Shown here one piece after another: positions 38,551 to 52,619 of a stretch of DNA of 64,000 nucleotides. The notes beneath the pieces are model-generated. The model saw only the letters and a list, made by a program, of their open reading frames with translations, had not been told where the DNA came from and made no database searches. Numbering within the stretch: position 1 is the first letter of the stretch; the number at the start of each line of letters is the position of its first letter. Source of the stretch: Lepidodermella squamata (taxonomy: Eukaryota > Animalia > Gastrotricha); NCBI GenBank assembly GCA_047495785.1, contig JBLDXI010000038.1, positions 310,001-374,000 of the forward strand, in the 5' to 3' direction. Made by a program: the position numbers and the translations under genes.

Positions 38551-41500
38551 TCACACGAAATTTTGAGATTTTGGAAGTTTATCAAGGTGTAGATAGATGT
38601 TCTCGTGGCAAATGATTTTATCGCGAGTTTCAACATGCTCAGCTATGTCCTCAAGGCGATCTTCAATGCTTTTCATTCGACTTCTCAAGCTAGAAAAAAA
38701 CAATTGTTTTCAAATGGGTGTTTAATTTGAACTTATTATTACCTTTCAACTGAATTCTTGCTGCTTTCAGCAAGGTTCTGCTGATCTAAAGATATTTCCA
38801 CCGCGTTACGCTCAAACATTTCCAGCCTCCTGTATTCGAAATCAGCGATATCGTTACCAATGAAATACTCCTCTGGAAAACAGAATGTTTACGTATAGTT
38901 GAAAAAGCCACTGAAAGCTTACTGAAATCAGTTTTTTGAGGAATCCCAGGTTTAGGCTTGCAGTTATTGTTCAAATGAACAAATAATCGATAGATGAGTT
39001 CGAAAATCATCAGCGGACTTGGCAAAACAGGTTTGTTGTAGAACTCGTAGACGTATCGATAAGAACCGAAACGCCACCTTTTACCAGCAACCGCCCGGCT
39101 CTCTTGCATTGTTCCAACAAAGAAAGCGATCAACATTTTCAGCAGTAAGATGTTGGTGAACAGCAGGAAGAAGATGTACAATATTATGGCGACGATATTG
39201 CGTTGCGAACAACTTGTGGTCCTGGAGATAAGGTCATCGCTAGCGACGTCGGATGACACGCCATCAGTCAGGCTCGCTACTATCGACTTGACCGCTGGGT
39301 TGTTGTTAGGAAAGCGGCACGTGCCTTCGGTATCTCTTCGAGTTTCATCTAGCGATGTGATGAAAATCTGCCACATTTTGTTGTAGGAAACGTCGAGGAG
39401 GAGGTGCAGAAAGCTCCATGTTGAGTCGATCGGAGCTTCTGGATACAGCAGGGCGTAAATTGGCACGGCGAAAGCCAAGACAACGATGGAGTACATCAGA
39501 ATGAAGAAGATCAAATCACGGAACTAAAACGACAAAAATTCAAGCTTTTGCAAGGCGAATGTATCAATCGGTTTACCATCAATGTTGCTACAACAAGTTT
39601 CGGCCCAACGCTTTCGATCATGTAGAAGAAACGGAAGGCTTGAAACCAGTATAGGAGGCAAGCAACGGCGTAGGTTGATCTCGGGAAGATGAAATCATCC
39701 GGAGCCATGATGAATCTCTGAATCACTGCGGTGACCGTTAGCAGAAACGCAATCGTCTCCATTATTATCCAACTATCGTTGAAGAAACTCTCAATTTTTT
39801 CCGTGAACGATAAAGAGGTCTCGGTAGTAATCTAAGAAAGACTGAATAACGCATCGTTATATAAACGGATACTTAAGATTACCATTCTCAGTTTGTCCAT
39901 AATGAATACGACAGCCCAGATCCATATAACGATCTCAACTGGTGTAACCTCATTAGGCATGGCCCCGGCAAAGATGAAGTACGAGAACAGAAGGAGATAG
40001 ATCAGCAAAAACAGAGAATGAACCATGAATTTCGCGATTGGTGAGCTGTACAGATAGAAAATGGCTAGAAAGAAGGATATAGTTTTGTTCTTCTTGTCAG
40101 TTGCGAGACCGGCTCTCAACAGGACAAGATCAGTCGGAGCGTTCTTGTTCGACGAGGCCAAGTTGTAGGTAGATTTTCGCCTGTTGTGATGATGCCCTGA
40201 GGGTGCCACTGTCTGTTTGCTTGGGCAACAGCCACCCTTCTCCACATCATCTTCTCGCGGAATAATCGAATCGCGTCTATCCATGCCGAAAGTCAAGTCC
40301 AGATTCATAGGCTGGCCGCCTGCACTGGTGACCTGCCTCTCCTCGACTATCGAAGACTCCTCGAATCGTAGTAGGAATATGAGGCCAGGGGTTAAAATCG
40401 GGATCATAGTCAGGTAAATTAGCGATGTTCGCGTGAATGTTGCGATCCTCCCTAACCAAATCATATTAAGTTTCGTTTGAACCTAGTCAGGAATAATTGA
40501 ATATAACAATGAAAAGGATTTGAAATGCCTACGGCAGGTTCGTCCATGAAATCAGCCTTTCTCCCGTAGTATGCTATTTCCAAAACATTCAGCCCTTGCC
40601 ACATGTGAAGACTTCTTGTTAGCAATTGAAAGCATCTATGCTGATCTTGATCATAGCAGACCGATAACAGGCCAATTGCCCTGTTTTGCCAGTCCCTTTG
40701 AAGTCGGCAAATTAAAATACAAAAACTTTCGTTGAGAAAGCAAACTTTGAGTGATTCGAGTATGATGTCGCAATATCCATCATATCTAAACGTTGGGCTT
40801 CTTTGGATAGAGATTTCAGAAAATTCGAAGCCATCAAAGCTGATCCCATGTTATCCCCGCCAATAGTCCACAGCCGCTGAGCCATTTCGCGTCGATTCAA
40901 GATCAAGCAAAGTAGGAAAATGTCTCGAACTCCTGCAATATTGCCAAATATATTCGAAAATTTAATTTCTGACTGCTCACTCACCGCAGTCATATTCGAC
41001 TGCTTTGCGGTGCTTATTTTCTTCGTGACGAGCCAATTCAGCTTCGCCAGTGAAGGTATTGTCCATATAACAGCCTAATAGCTCGGCCAATACCTGACCC
41101 AAATTTCGGTCGAGCTTCTGATTGCTCTTTTCCAGCACAGCTTCATCGTTGGTCGAATTAACCAACAACGTTCGGAAAAGCTTAGCATACACCTGAACTG
41201 ATTTGACGTTGAAATCGATGAAAATCTATTATATAATTGGGATTACGCTATTATGGGCGTCAAGTTTTATAGCTCCAAACCTTGGTGTAAAATTTCTTAA
41301 CCAAATCGCGTTTCAAGAATTTGTTCAGATCGATTCTGCCGTATTTGAGGTAAATATTGAGAAATTTTGGTTGATCCTGTTCAATCGCTCGAATTATCCC
41401 GTCATGAATAACCGATTTAGAGCAGATCGCTTTGTGATTGTCGTACAATATGCTCGCAGCTACGTCGGCTCTGTTCCACAGCTCGGCAATCGTAAAATAG

Positions 41501-43206
41501 GTTTGCGAGTTTCCAGTACCAGACTTTACAAGGGCGTCCATGATGGCGCGGTCGAGAGTGGGTCGCTCTTCGTTGTTACTGAACATGTCAACAATTGATA
41601 TCTGAAACAAATCACGTAAATATTTACCGCTTTTAACTAAGATTGATCTTCTTACAAAGTTGCGATTGGTACCCAAAATGTTTCGTATCTTAAGAAGCGT
41701 CTCTTTTTCACGTTCTGAATGCCCCTTGCTCGCTGAAGAAAAGCATCGCTTGAATTCTGGATGCTTTCGAATTCTCTCCTCAAAATCAGCATGAAAATGG
41801 CTGTTTGGCTCAGCAGATGCGGCACTGAATCAAGTAGAAACCTTTTAAAATGTCCGAAATATGGTAAATATATTTTACCTGTACGTCTCAGAATTGTTGC
41901 CGTAGTACAGCCTGGCATCTCGATCTTCAGGAGGGGATGAAATTAGGTAGGCAAAAGCCAAAACGTCACCTATTCCGCCAAATCCTGGAAGAATGATGAC
42001 TGGACGGCGATACGACTTGATAGAGCCTTCATTCTCTAAGTTTTGACCCTCTTCAACGCACACAGATTCGGCCACCGTCTCCAGTGTATTCGGCCCGCCC
42101 CCGACCACAAGCAATACAAGAGGAGTTAACGAGGTCGATTCGCCCTTCTCAAATAACGGCTTGCTTGCGATGTAGTGAAGAAGTCTGGAACGAAATTTAA
42201 TCTCTTCGCCAAAGCGTTTGTCTCTAGCATTGTCGATCAGAAGGAAACAGTTGTGGCCAGGGTCGAGAGATGGGTAATTGCCGGCTTCTGCAGCGTTTTC
42301 GACGAAATACTTAGCCGGCCATTTTCCAGTAGCATCTTCGTAACTTATAGTCGAAACGGCTGATTCGTTATCCCCGACACCGGTTGAAATCCGCCATTCG
42401 TCATTTTCGCCATCTCGCCCGCTTACTAAAACAGATCTGTTGTGGATAACGCCCCACGATGCTACCCCGATGCAAGTTATCATTTTGTCGCGGTGCGTCA
42501 GGCGGTACTTGGTGACCGCATCGCCGACTAGTTTCATAATACCAGCATGGGTGCCACCCGTTACCAGCCACGCATTAGCATTCCTAGCTGCATCAATCAA
42601 AGATCTGTTGAATCGATCAATCGCTTGCTTATCGACGTGAACGAATTCTGATGCGGATCCGGTAACCTCGATTATCAGCTGAGGCTTGGGTATTCCGAAT
42701 AACCGACGCTCGGTTAGCAAATGATAGACGCGTTGCAAATAGACCTCGTTGACTGATCGGCCGGTTAGTCGGATGTATTTAGCTGAGGAACCCGGTACGA
42801 CGGTCGTAGGGTCGACTGATTTACCGGGGTAGAATTTTATTTTGCCAAATGTATCGCATGGATAGGGCGCTGTGTCGCTGTCCGAGCTCCATTTTTTCTC
42901 TTCTTTGGCCTCATTTTTAGGCCGAAAGACCCGTTCGTCTATGTGCCACTTCAGAGGTTGGCCGCACTCGCAATCGTCCCTTTAACAAATAGCCACTTGG
43001 TTACCTAAAGATATAGGGAACTGTTGTCTTACGGTTTCAGAAATTTGTTTTTCGCGGCATGTTTTTCGCCGATTTTGACGTAGCGCTGGCATTTTCTAAG
43101 CTCGAAATGGTCTCTTACGTAGCGTGCTATATGCTCTTCGATTGGCTAGAAAAAACTGTCTTATAGGCTAGTGAACTATCAATCAAATCAAACTCACCTC
43201 ATCCAT
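38551..43206 (-). CDS. TRPM-family cation channel, divergent, multi-exon
   Basis: SLOG/MHR region (PKPQLIIEVTGS, AWLVTGGTHAGIMKLVGDAV, LDPGHNCFLLID, VGGGPNTL), ELWNRADVA, LNRREMA..LW, YSSPIAKF, VGPKL, S6 NILLL.MLIA, KPVLPSPL, terminal coiled coil. Confidence 0.9.
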
Positions 43207-43666
43207 GGACCAAAAATATTTATTACAAAATCACTATTGCACCTGAGCAACAAATTCCTCCGAGTATATTATTACTGCTCACGGTTCATTTTCGTGAATG
43301 GCTTCGTGGATACCATTCAGCCACGTTTTCATCAATGAAAGGGTAAATGAAAGAATGACCTTTAGCAAATATTCGCGTTTTATTAGGAAAATTTAAAAAT
43401 TTCAATCATTCGCGCAATCAACATTATTTTCATTCCTCACATGTTGCAATAAGAGTCTGCGAATGGCAGTGTCTAAAATCGTTCGCATAAAAATTCAGCA
43501 ATCGGAAATCGAATCAGCAAGCTTGAACGGGTTCACAAGATAGTGCCGGGCCGGTCTACGTATACAACGGGAGAAATAGCAGGCCGAAGAAATCAGTGTA
43601 GCAGCATCGAACGTCGGTTTTACATAGATATAAAATATTTGAAATTTCACAACAAGTGGCGAGCTG

Positions 43667-45091
<1,425 letters not shown>

Positions 45092-45747
45092 GATGTATCG
45101 ACGTTATCCAAACAGTTGAACTAAAATGACCACGTCAGCTGATTCTGCGAATACGGACTATACAAGTTTTCGTGAGAACTATTGATATTAATATATTTGC
45201 TTCAGTAGGTACCTTCAGTCAGTCGGTCAGCTATCAGCTGGAACCAAGAGGCGCATATATTTGTTCCATAAAAAAACTTTCCCCAATCTGTGGCCCTTGA
45301 CACCCTCTGTCAAAGATAAAAAACAATAACAATAATTGTTTATAAACCATCAGATATTAACAGAATTATGCATAACAAATAAACATTGATTCTTTTAAAT
45401 GATTATTATGTCAAAAATTAATGAAAAGCCTCGTCGTGCAAGTGTTCTCATCATCGTTGGGCGAGGGCTGTCGTGTCGCGTTGTCGTGTCGTGATGTGCA
45501 ACAGACGAATTGGGAAATCATTTCTCTTGTTGTTATAGCTTGGACTGGCAGATATGTCTGCAGTAAATTTCTAGCTCAGTTGGATATTTTCTACAATGTC
45601 TCAAGTCGCCTAAAGTTGGCAAAGGCTCCTTAGGCTTGAAGAGGCGGACTTCTTTATAACTACTATAGAACAATTTTACATACTTCCTACTTTTCCCTAA
45701 CGATAATTCTAACTTATTTATTTTGATATTTATCCTTTAGGGATTGA

Positions 45748-46851
45748 ATGGCTCGTAACGGAGGGACTGACTGCAAGCTCTACATTGGTGGTCTTGAGAA
45801 AGATACCAATGAGCAAGAGCTTGAAGATGCTTTCGCGAAATTCGGCACCGTTTCTGATGTTTGGATTTCTCGCGATCGCCCAGGTTTCGGTTTTGTTACA
45901 TTCGACAGCGCCGATTGTGCTGACGAGGCTGTACGAAATCTGAATGGAGCTACTGTCGCCGGCTGCAAGATCCGCGTCGAAGTCGCTGGCCAGAAGCGTC
46001 CGGGAGGCGGAGGTCGCGGAGGCTTCCGTGGCGGACGTGGTGGATACGGCGATGGAGGTTGTTATACCTCTTCATATTGGAGCATTACTTGATGATATTT
46101 CTGTCTAGGCTATGGCGGCGGTGGATTCGGCGGTGGCTATGGTGGTGGCGGAAGCTATGGCGGTGGTTCGTTCTTTTTTATTATGCTCGATCATTTTTAC
46201 GTATTATCTTTCAGGTCGCGGTGGTGGTGGCGGCGGCGGTATTAGCAGAGTGCTTTGATTTGATGCCTTTTACCAGTTTGTCTATTTTAGGAAACTGCTA
46301 CAACTGCGGTGAAAGCGGCCATTTCTCGCGCGAATGCCCTAACGGTTAGTTTTTTTATGTAATATTTTAAAGAGTTATGTTGACTCATCGAAATAATGCG
46401 CGTTATCCAAATTGTAGTAATATTTCTTGCGCTGTAAAAATTCAAGATTTTTTGATGTGTTTTGATGTGAATCTATTATTTCACAAGCTAATTCAAGAAT
46501 GTGATGCTTTGCATTGTTGTTAAAACTAATTATCCATATTTTTACAGGCGGCAGTGGTGGTGGCGGTGGTCGTCCGGGAGGCCGTGGCGGTTTCGGCGGA
46601 GGTCAGTTCATTTGCGTTTGTTTCTGAAATTGAAATTATACTGTGGAATTTTAAAGGCCGTGGTGGACGAGGAGGTGGTGGCAACTGCGTAAGTCGAAGC
46701 CAGTCTTAAAACAATGCGTTTTTTCAAGAAGTTTTTTTCCTTGTAACAGTACAACTGCGGTGAAAGCGGCCATTTCTCCCGAGAATGCCCTAACGGTGGC
46801 GGTGGCGGCGGTGGCGGCCGTTCAGGCTATGGTGGTCGTGGAGGATTCTAA
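45748..46851 (+). CDS. Glycine-rich RNA-binding protein: RRM + RGG repeats + two CCHC zinc knuckles, many mini-exons
   Basis: KLYIGGL and RPGFGFVTF RNP motifs; CYNCGESGHFSRECP twice; RGG tracts; no RS domain. Confidence 0.85.
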
Positions 46852-47381
46852 ATCTTTCCACTCAGCTGAACCAGTGATCGGCACATAGTATCGCGCACGC
46901 ATACGTACTCAGACTGAAGCATAATGTATTATAATAGTTCGAAACATTTCGCCACCGTCAATAGTTCATGAATAATAGAGCCAATATTTTTACACACAAA
47001 AATCGTTCAGCCTGAGAGGTTATACGATTGAGCCACGATTTTTGTTGTGTTTCTCCTTGTTCGTCTTATTTACTCGGTATTCACAACTGATGGGAATTGC
47101 GTGTGCATAATTGCTCATTTGCACTTCATACTTTCACACGTGATTTTTGCTCTTACGATATAACTTAATTCGATTCATCAGTGTTTGGGATTGAACGGAA
47201 ACATGTATCATTGCTAGTCGCTATTTCGCGATTTTGGTGTCTGTCGTAATCTTCTTGAAACAAATCAATCGCCACCTTTTTTAAGGAAATTGGAGTTCGG
47301 ATTATCTGGGTCAATAAGTAAGGTGATTTTTTGTCTGTTTTAGATTTTATTTTATCCTGAGAAGTTGATGGCTGACTGACA

Positions 47382-50300
47382 ATGTACCAAACACCGCCAA
47401 ACGGACCTTTCAACCCGAACGGACCGACCTACGGGGCACCCACTGCTCCGTTTCAACAGCCTCCTTCGCAACCTGCTGCTGCCCCTCCAGTTTTCAACGC
47501 TGCTAACGTATGGCCGCCCGTTTCTGGGCCCTCGCGGTTTCCACCTCCTCCGACTAATGGCAGCCAGAACACTCAGCAGCCTCAGCAATACCCGCCTCAA
47601 ACGAATTATGGGGCACAACCCTATCAAAATGGTATCGGTCAATATCAGCCTCCTCCCCCGGCTCCAGTACCCGGTCAGCTACCGCCATCTCAGTCGACCA
47701 CTAAACTCGATGCTACCGAAGGACAATACACCCCGAAATCGACTCCTGCTTCGACCCCGGCAGTGCCACAAGCCTTTCCGCCTCAATCCTTTCCCCAGCA
47801 GCAACCGCAACTGCAACCTTTCGGTCCACCCAGCGCGTTTCCTCCGAGACCAGCTGCGGGTCTGAATCAAACGTTTGCTCCGAATGCTCCACCGCCCTCT
47901 GCGACCAGTTTTCCGCAACAGCAAGCACCCCCTCAACAAAACCATGTGATGGCAAACGGCGTTCACGCTCCTCCTCCGCCGATGCCTGGTCAGCAGGCAC
48001 CACCCCCGGTCCCCCCTCAGTCTTTTCCAGCCCAGTCGTTCCCACCCCAAAATTCGTATAATAATCAACAGCAGCAGTACTATAACGGTCCTCCGCAACA
48101 GAATCAACCCAATTCAGCTGCTGCCGGTCTTCGAACACCTTCAACGCCCGACCCGTTATCGCTATCTGCGAGTTTCAACCGGCTAGCTGTACAAGGTGGT
48201 ACGCAACAAGATCAAATGTCCGCTGTCAACGTTCTACAGTTCGCTAGTCCCGCCGATACAAGACTGCTGCCTCTCGAAGGTGTGCATACCGAACACGTTC
48301 GACCGCCGCTATCGAGTGACCTACGTCGTATGAACGCTTCACCCGACGTGGTACGCTGCACCCTGAATTGCATCCCTCAGACTGAACAACTGCTTCGAAA
48401 GAGTCGACTACCACTCGCGCTGGTCTTGCATCCGTACAAGGATCTTCAATCCCTCGCGCTGATTCAGTCATCCGTGATTGTGCGGTGCAAAACCTGCCGC
48501 GCCTATATCAACCCGTTTGTTCAGTTCCTCGACCAGTGTCACTACTGGCGGTGTAATATCTGCGGTCGGACGAACGAAGTGCCGGATGATTTTTTCTACG
48601 ACCCTGTCAATCGAAATTCTGGCTCGCCGATGAATCGACCCGAGGTGAAATCGGCCACTATCGAATTTATCGCCCCTCAAGAGTACTGCGTCCGACCTCC
48701 TCAGCCTGCTGTCTACGCATTTTTACTGGACGTTTCGGCGACCGCGCTGCAAACCGGCTATCTGTCGGTGGTTTGCGAGGAGGTCAAGGCGCTTCTAGAC
48801 CGGTTGCCTGGCGATAAGCGGCGGCAGATGGCGTTCATCGCCTTCGATTCAAATCTGCATGTTTTTAGTCTTGATGCCGAATCGATGAGCCAACCACGTA
48901 TGATGACGATTTCCGAATTGGACGAAGTTTTCCTACCTGAGCCGGATGGCTTGTTGGTTAATTTCGAAGACAATCGGGAAATGATTATTCAACTGCTGGA
49001 TAACTTGCCATACACCTTTGGCCAGACAGGAACTACTGAGGGCACTGCAGCTGGGGCTGCTCTACTTTTCGCTCAGAAGCTATTGGTTAGTGCCGATCAA
49101 TATAATTGAAATATTTTAAGGAGGATGTTTTTAATTTTAAGGCATCGACTGGTGGTCGCATCACTCTCTTCATGAGTCAACGGACAACAACAGGTCCTGG
49201 TGTGTTGGACGAGCGAGAAACCCAGAGTTCTGCTGCTCAAAATCAGAAGCAAATACAAAGCCTGATTGTTGAAGCAACTGATTTCTACAAGAAGTTTGCT
49301 CTCGATTGTAATAGCCAGCAAATAGGCTGCGATCTGTTCCTGCTCAGCCGCAACTATTCTGACCTGGCGTCGCTTAGTAAGTGAAACAAAATATGACTGC
49401 GTTTAAAATAATTTTATCTATTTTAAGGTGGCGCATCGAAATTTTCCGCTGGTTCGGTTTACTATTTCCCTGGCTTTGATATCGCGAAAAACCCGCTACA
49501 GCTGGAGCGATTCAGAAGGCAGCTACATCGCTATTTACTACGAAAAATTGGCTTCGAAGCGGTTTTGCGAATTCGATGCGCGAAAGGCTTGGCGCTCAGC
49601 TCGTTTCACGGCAATTTCTTCGTCAGGTCCACCGATTTGTTGTCGCTGGCTAATGTCAATCCTGACGCTGGTTACGCAGTTACGCTGAGTTACGACGAGT
49701 CCCTCGCCGATTCTCCGACCGTGTGTTTCCAAGTTGCGATTTTGTACACTTCTAGCAAGAGTGAACGCCGAATCCGGGTCCATACTCTATGCCTGCCGAC
49801 TACAAACCAGCTTACTGACGTGTTTAAATACGCCGATGAGCTGGCTATCACTTCATTGCTCGCTAAGTTGGCGGTCGATCGTTCGGTCAGTGATTCGCTG
49901 ACTGATGCGAGGGAAGCGTTAATGAGCGCCTGTGTCGACCCACTGGCCTCTTTCGCCAGCACCCTCACATCGGCTCATCGAAGCGACGTCTTGCTTGTAC
50001 CTTACTCACTGCGGCTTTTGCCAATATTGGTCTTGGCATTGCTCAAACATGTGAGATTTTAATGAATTTCGCTGATCTGTACTTATCCCCTGTCTTTTTA
50101 GCCTGCCTTTTCGACCGATGGTTTCATTAAGGCGGATGACCGAATCTATTCGATGGAGCAGTGCCGCAATTTGCCCCCGACTCAATTGTTGCTGAAAATC
50201 TACCCTAATCTATACAACTTGAATGTCCAACTCGATCAGGTGTGTTTAGCTGTTTTCTATCGATTTCTCTGGCACTTGTGTCTTCGATTCCTGCTTTAAC

Positions 50301-51077
50301 GAGCAGGGCAACACATGGGTGCAAAATTAACGTTCCAACCGCAATTTAACCATAGTTCGCATTTTCTAACGCGTTTTCGTTATTCACTTGACCGCGAATT
50401 TAGGGAGTCAAGTGGTTTACATTTTTCGTTTGCTTTTACAGAGCTCGACATGGAAGAGCTTTCCATTGCTTCGTCTTTCCTCGTCCAGCATTCAGCGGCA
50501 CGGACTGTACCTGCTTGACTGTTTCGACATAATGATGATTTTTGTCTGCAACGGCATTTCCGACGAAGTAGTGCAAGCGGTCTTCGATGTCCCGAGTTTC
50601 AATCACATTGTGGATGGAAGCGTAAGTCTTGGTCGATTTTACTTAATTTTACCACACAAATCCGGTGAGATTCCAGTATTTTTATGACTGGCGTCAGATC
50701 TTTTTGTGTGAAATTAAGGTAGCAAACTATTACGCTGGTTTAGAATTTTTCCGATTTCTCGATCAGTGGTACGTCCAACTTACATTTTTCGCATTTATTT
50801 TTAGCTGGAACTGCCGAGTCTACAAAACGACTATTCGCGGCTTATCAAAGAACTAATTGATCACAATAACAGCCAGCGCCCTGTACCTGCTGTGTTATTC
50901 GTTATCAAGTGAGTTATTTTTAGTGATAATTGTGGTCTTGATATATTTTTGAAAATTTCCAGGGATAATAGCATAAATAAAACGGCTTTTGTCCGTCGCC
51001 TCGTCGAAGACAAGTCCGAATCAGGTGCATCGACGGCTGAATTTCTGCAGTATATTCAAAAAGAACTCTCGAAATAA
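47382..51077 (+). CDS. SEC24B: COPII coat protein Sec24A/B
   Basis: Pro/Gln-rich N-terminus, RCKTCRAYINPF...WRCNIC zinc finger, RPPQPAVYAFLLDVS, RKIGFEAVLRIRC, FHGNFFVRSTDLL, ERRIRVHT. A versus B is not resolvable. Confidence 0.95.
50271..50424 (+). ncRNA. Box H/ACA snoRNA candidate G in Sec24 intron 50240-50441
   Basis: Hairpin GCACTTGTGT/ACATGGGTGC with upper stem TCCTGCTT/GAGCAGGG; H box AAATTA 50324-50329; second hairpin AACCA/TGGTT; ACA 50419-50421. Pocket strand GAGTCAAG, 14 nt before ACA, is complementary to 28S CUUGACUC. Confidence 0.7.
50652..50787 (+). ncRNA. Box H/ACA snoRNA candidate H in Sec24 intron 50622-50804
   Basis: Stem CACACAAA/TTTGTGTG immediately followed by H box AAATTA (50711-50716); second long hairpin; ACA at 50782-50784, near the acceptor as in the other candidates. 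Confidence 0.55.
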
Positions 51078-51786
51078 GGTTATAATATCAAGTGGACTTT
51101 TTGGTATATTTATTCTTCTTATCCATAAACATGGGGTTCAATGTTTGAAATGGAGAAAATGCAACAAATATTTTTAGGAACAGTTGTGGGTTATATTTAT
51201 CTGCCTATTTATGCATGTTTGTAAAGTAATAACCTAGTGAAACGACTTTCTTGCTTTGTCTCTTGAACCGATGATTTGTTTCTTTTTGATGGGCTCTATT
51301 ATCTATTTCCGGCGGTTTACTCTCGCTAAGGTATAATACGTCGAGTGTCAACTTGACCTGTATTCGATGAGAAAAATTATGATATTTAGTCTTGTGAAAT
51401 TTTGCTTCTCGTTCTCGAGGGCCATATTAATATTTATTCTTACTCTGTCACACGCTTTTCTATTCGTAACAAAATCGCTTTTTGTGATGCACCTTGTATA
51501 TCCTCTGCAACCCCGACGTACGTTGATGAAACCTAAAATTGATGCGAAACGGAGAAATTGAACGGAAATTATACGACAACCAAAAAGTGTTTTATTTAAG
51601 CAAATTACTGATTACGATCGTCATAATTTTGATTTGCTTGAATGAAAAAGTACAATTCGATCGTTAATTAACTAATGAGTCAAGCACGCATACTGCTATT
51701 CAAATAAATGACAGTGCAATCTTGATAATTTATTTCCAATTTTAGATATTTTAAATGAAAATATTCTCGGTTTACTCAAGACACGT

Positions 51787-51831
51787 CAGCCTCATGAATA
51801 ATTCATGAGGGCTGGAAATTTCTATCTTTTC
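51787..51831 (+). promoter_or_regulatory. Putative promoter of the snoRNA host: palindrome plus TCT/5'TOP-like initiator
   Basis: CCTCATGAAT-A-ATTCATGAGG inverted repeat, then the pyrimidine tract TTTCTATCTTTTC (candidate C+1 at 51826), 61 nt before the first donor. Confidence 0.45.
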
Positions 51832-51924
51832 GGGAAAATCGATACAAAGGGTTGAATGAAGTGCGTCGAAATCAATATTGTTTGAGGTAAATTTATATTT
51901 TTCTATTGTACTTGCTGGCTACCC

Positions 51925-52062
51925 TTGCGCATTTTCTTGACGCCGTTCGACTTGACTTGATGAAAAATGGCACGAGAAAAAGCGCAAAAATGAAATGAAA
52001 TTCAATCAACTTGTACAACTAAAACTAAAGTGTTGTATCTTGTGAGTTAATTGTCGACATTT
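51925..52062 (+). ncRNA. H/ACA-like RNA, family E (single copy)
   Basis: TTGCGC/GCGCAA-closed hairpin, H box AAATGA 51988-51993, second hairpin (GTACAAC/GTTGTAT), ACA 52057-52059. Pockets are unclear. Confidence 0.5.
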
Positions 52063-52151
52063 TTTATTTCAGATTTGGCTGATGAAATCGGAAAATGGGA
52101 ATTTCTGCAAAACTGCAAAAGGTGTGTAAACGTTCGATTCATTAAAAATTG

Positions 52152-52285
52152 GTGCACGGAAATTCCAAGGATTGCCATATGTTATACCATGGGCGATTCC
52201 GGATCCGTTGCTAGAGCTTTCAGAAGTATTTTCAGCGAAAGCGCCTTCTTAATGACGCTCATCGTGTAAACGACTTCAAATATTT
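52152..52285 (+). ncRNA. H/ACA snoRNA C1 (divergent copy)
   Basis: Same pockets as C2/C3 (ATTCCAA/CGGA and TTTTCA/GTAAAC) with different stems; H-like AGAGCT; terminal ATA. Confidence 0.75.
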
Positions 52286-52366
52286 TTCTTGTCCAGACTA
52301 CGCTCATGCCGATCATGCAGTTTGCTGCTACTTTATTAAGGTGGGTGTTTAGTCATGTCAAATAAG

Positions 52367-52512
52367 TTCACGCCTAATCCAGAGGATCACCACTAACGTA
52401 GGTGTGGTAGTTACCTCAGCGTAGCGTGTATATTGAAGTTCCGGAGCGACGATAGCTCTGACTAGGCATTTCTCTCGGTTGCATCGGTCAGCGGGAAATT
52501 TCTCCGACAATA
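52367..52512 (+). ncRNA. H/ACA RNA, family D (single copy, target not identified)
   Basis: CACGC/GCGTG and GAGG/CCTC stems; hinge ATATTG; CGGAG/CTCCG stem directly followed by ACA 52507-52509; pocket strand GGGAAATT 14 nt from ACA. Confidence 0.7.
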
Positions 52513-52619
52513 AAGTTTCGTTTATTCATTTCAGATTCTTCATCCTGCGAGCTTCAGCTGGTTCGGCAATCGCGATGCATCCCTTGATGTGAGTTGATTT
52601 CCTACATTTATTCTTGCTG

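Noticed and set aside
46345-46547. Oversized intron in the RNA-binding gene as another snoRNA
   Set aside because: I could not find a convincing two-hairpin fold with H and ACA boxes, nor a C/D pair.
50307-50318. 12-nt microexon (GNTW) in a Sec24 intron
   Set aside because: The donor GTGCAA is weak, and the segment forms the 3' arm of a well-paired H/ACA hairpin.
50698-50718. 21-nt microexon (IFLCEIK) in a Sec24 intron
   Set aside because: The polypyrimidine tract is poor, and it overlaps the stem and H box of snoRNA candidate H. Not fully excluded without RNA-seq.
52042-52072. 31-nt mini-intron GTGAGT...TTTCAG
   Set aside because: Shorter than the other introns here. The donor at 51887 gives a 186-nt intron containing a complete H/ACA-like fold.
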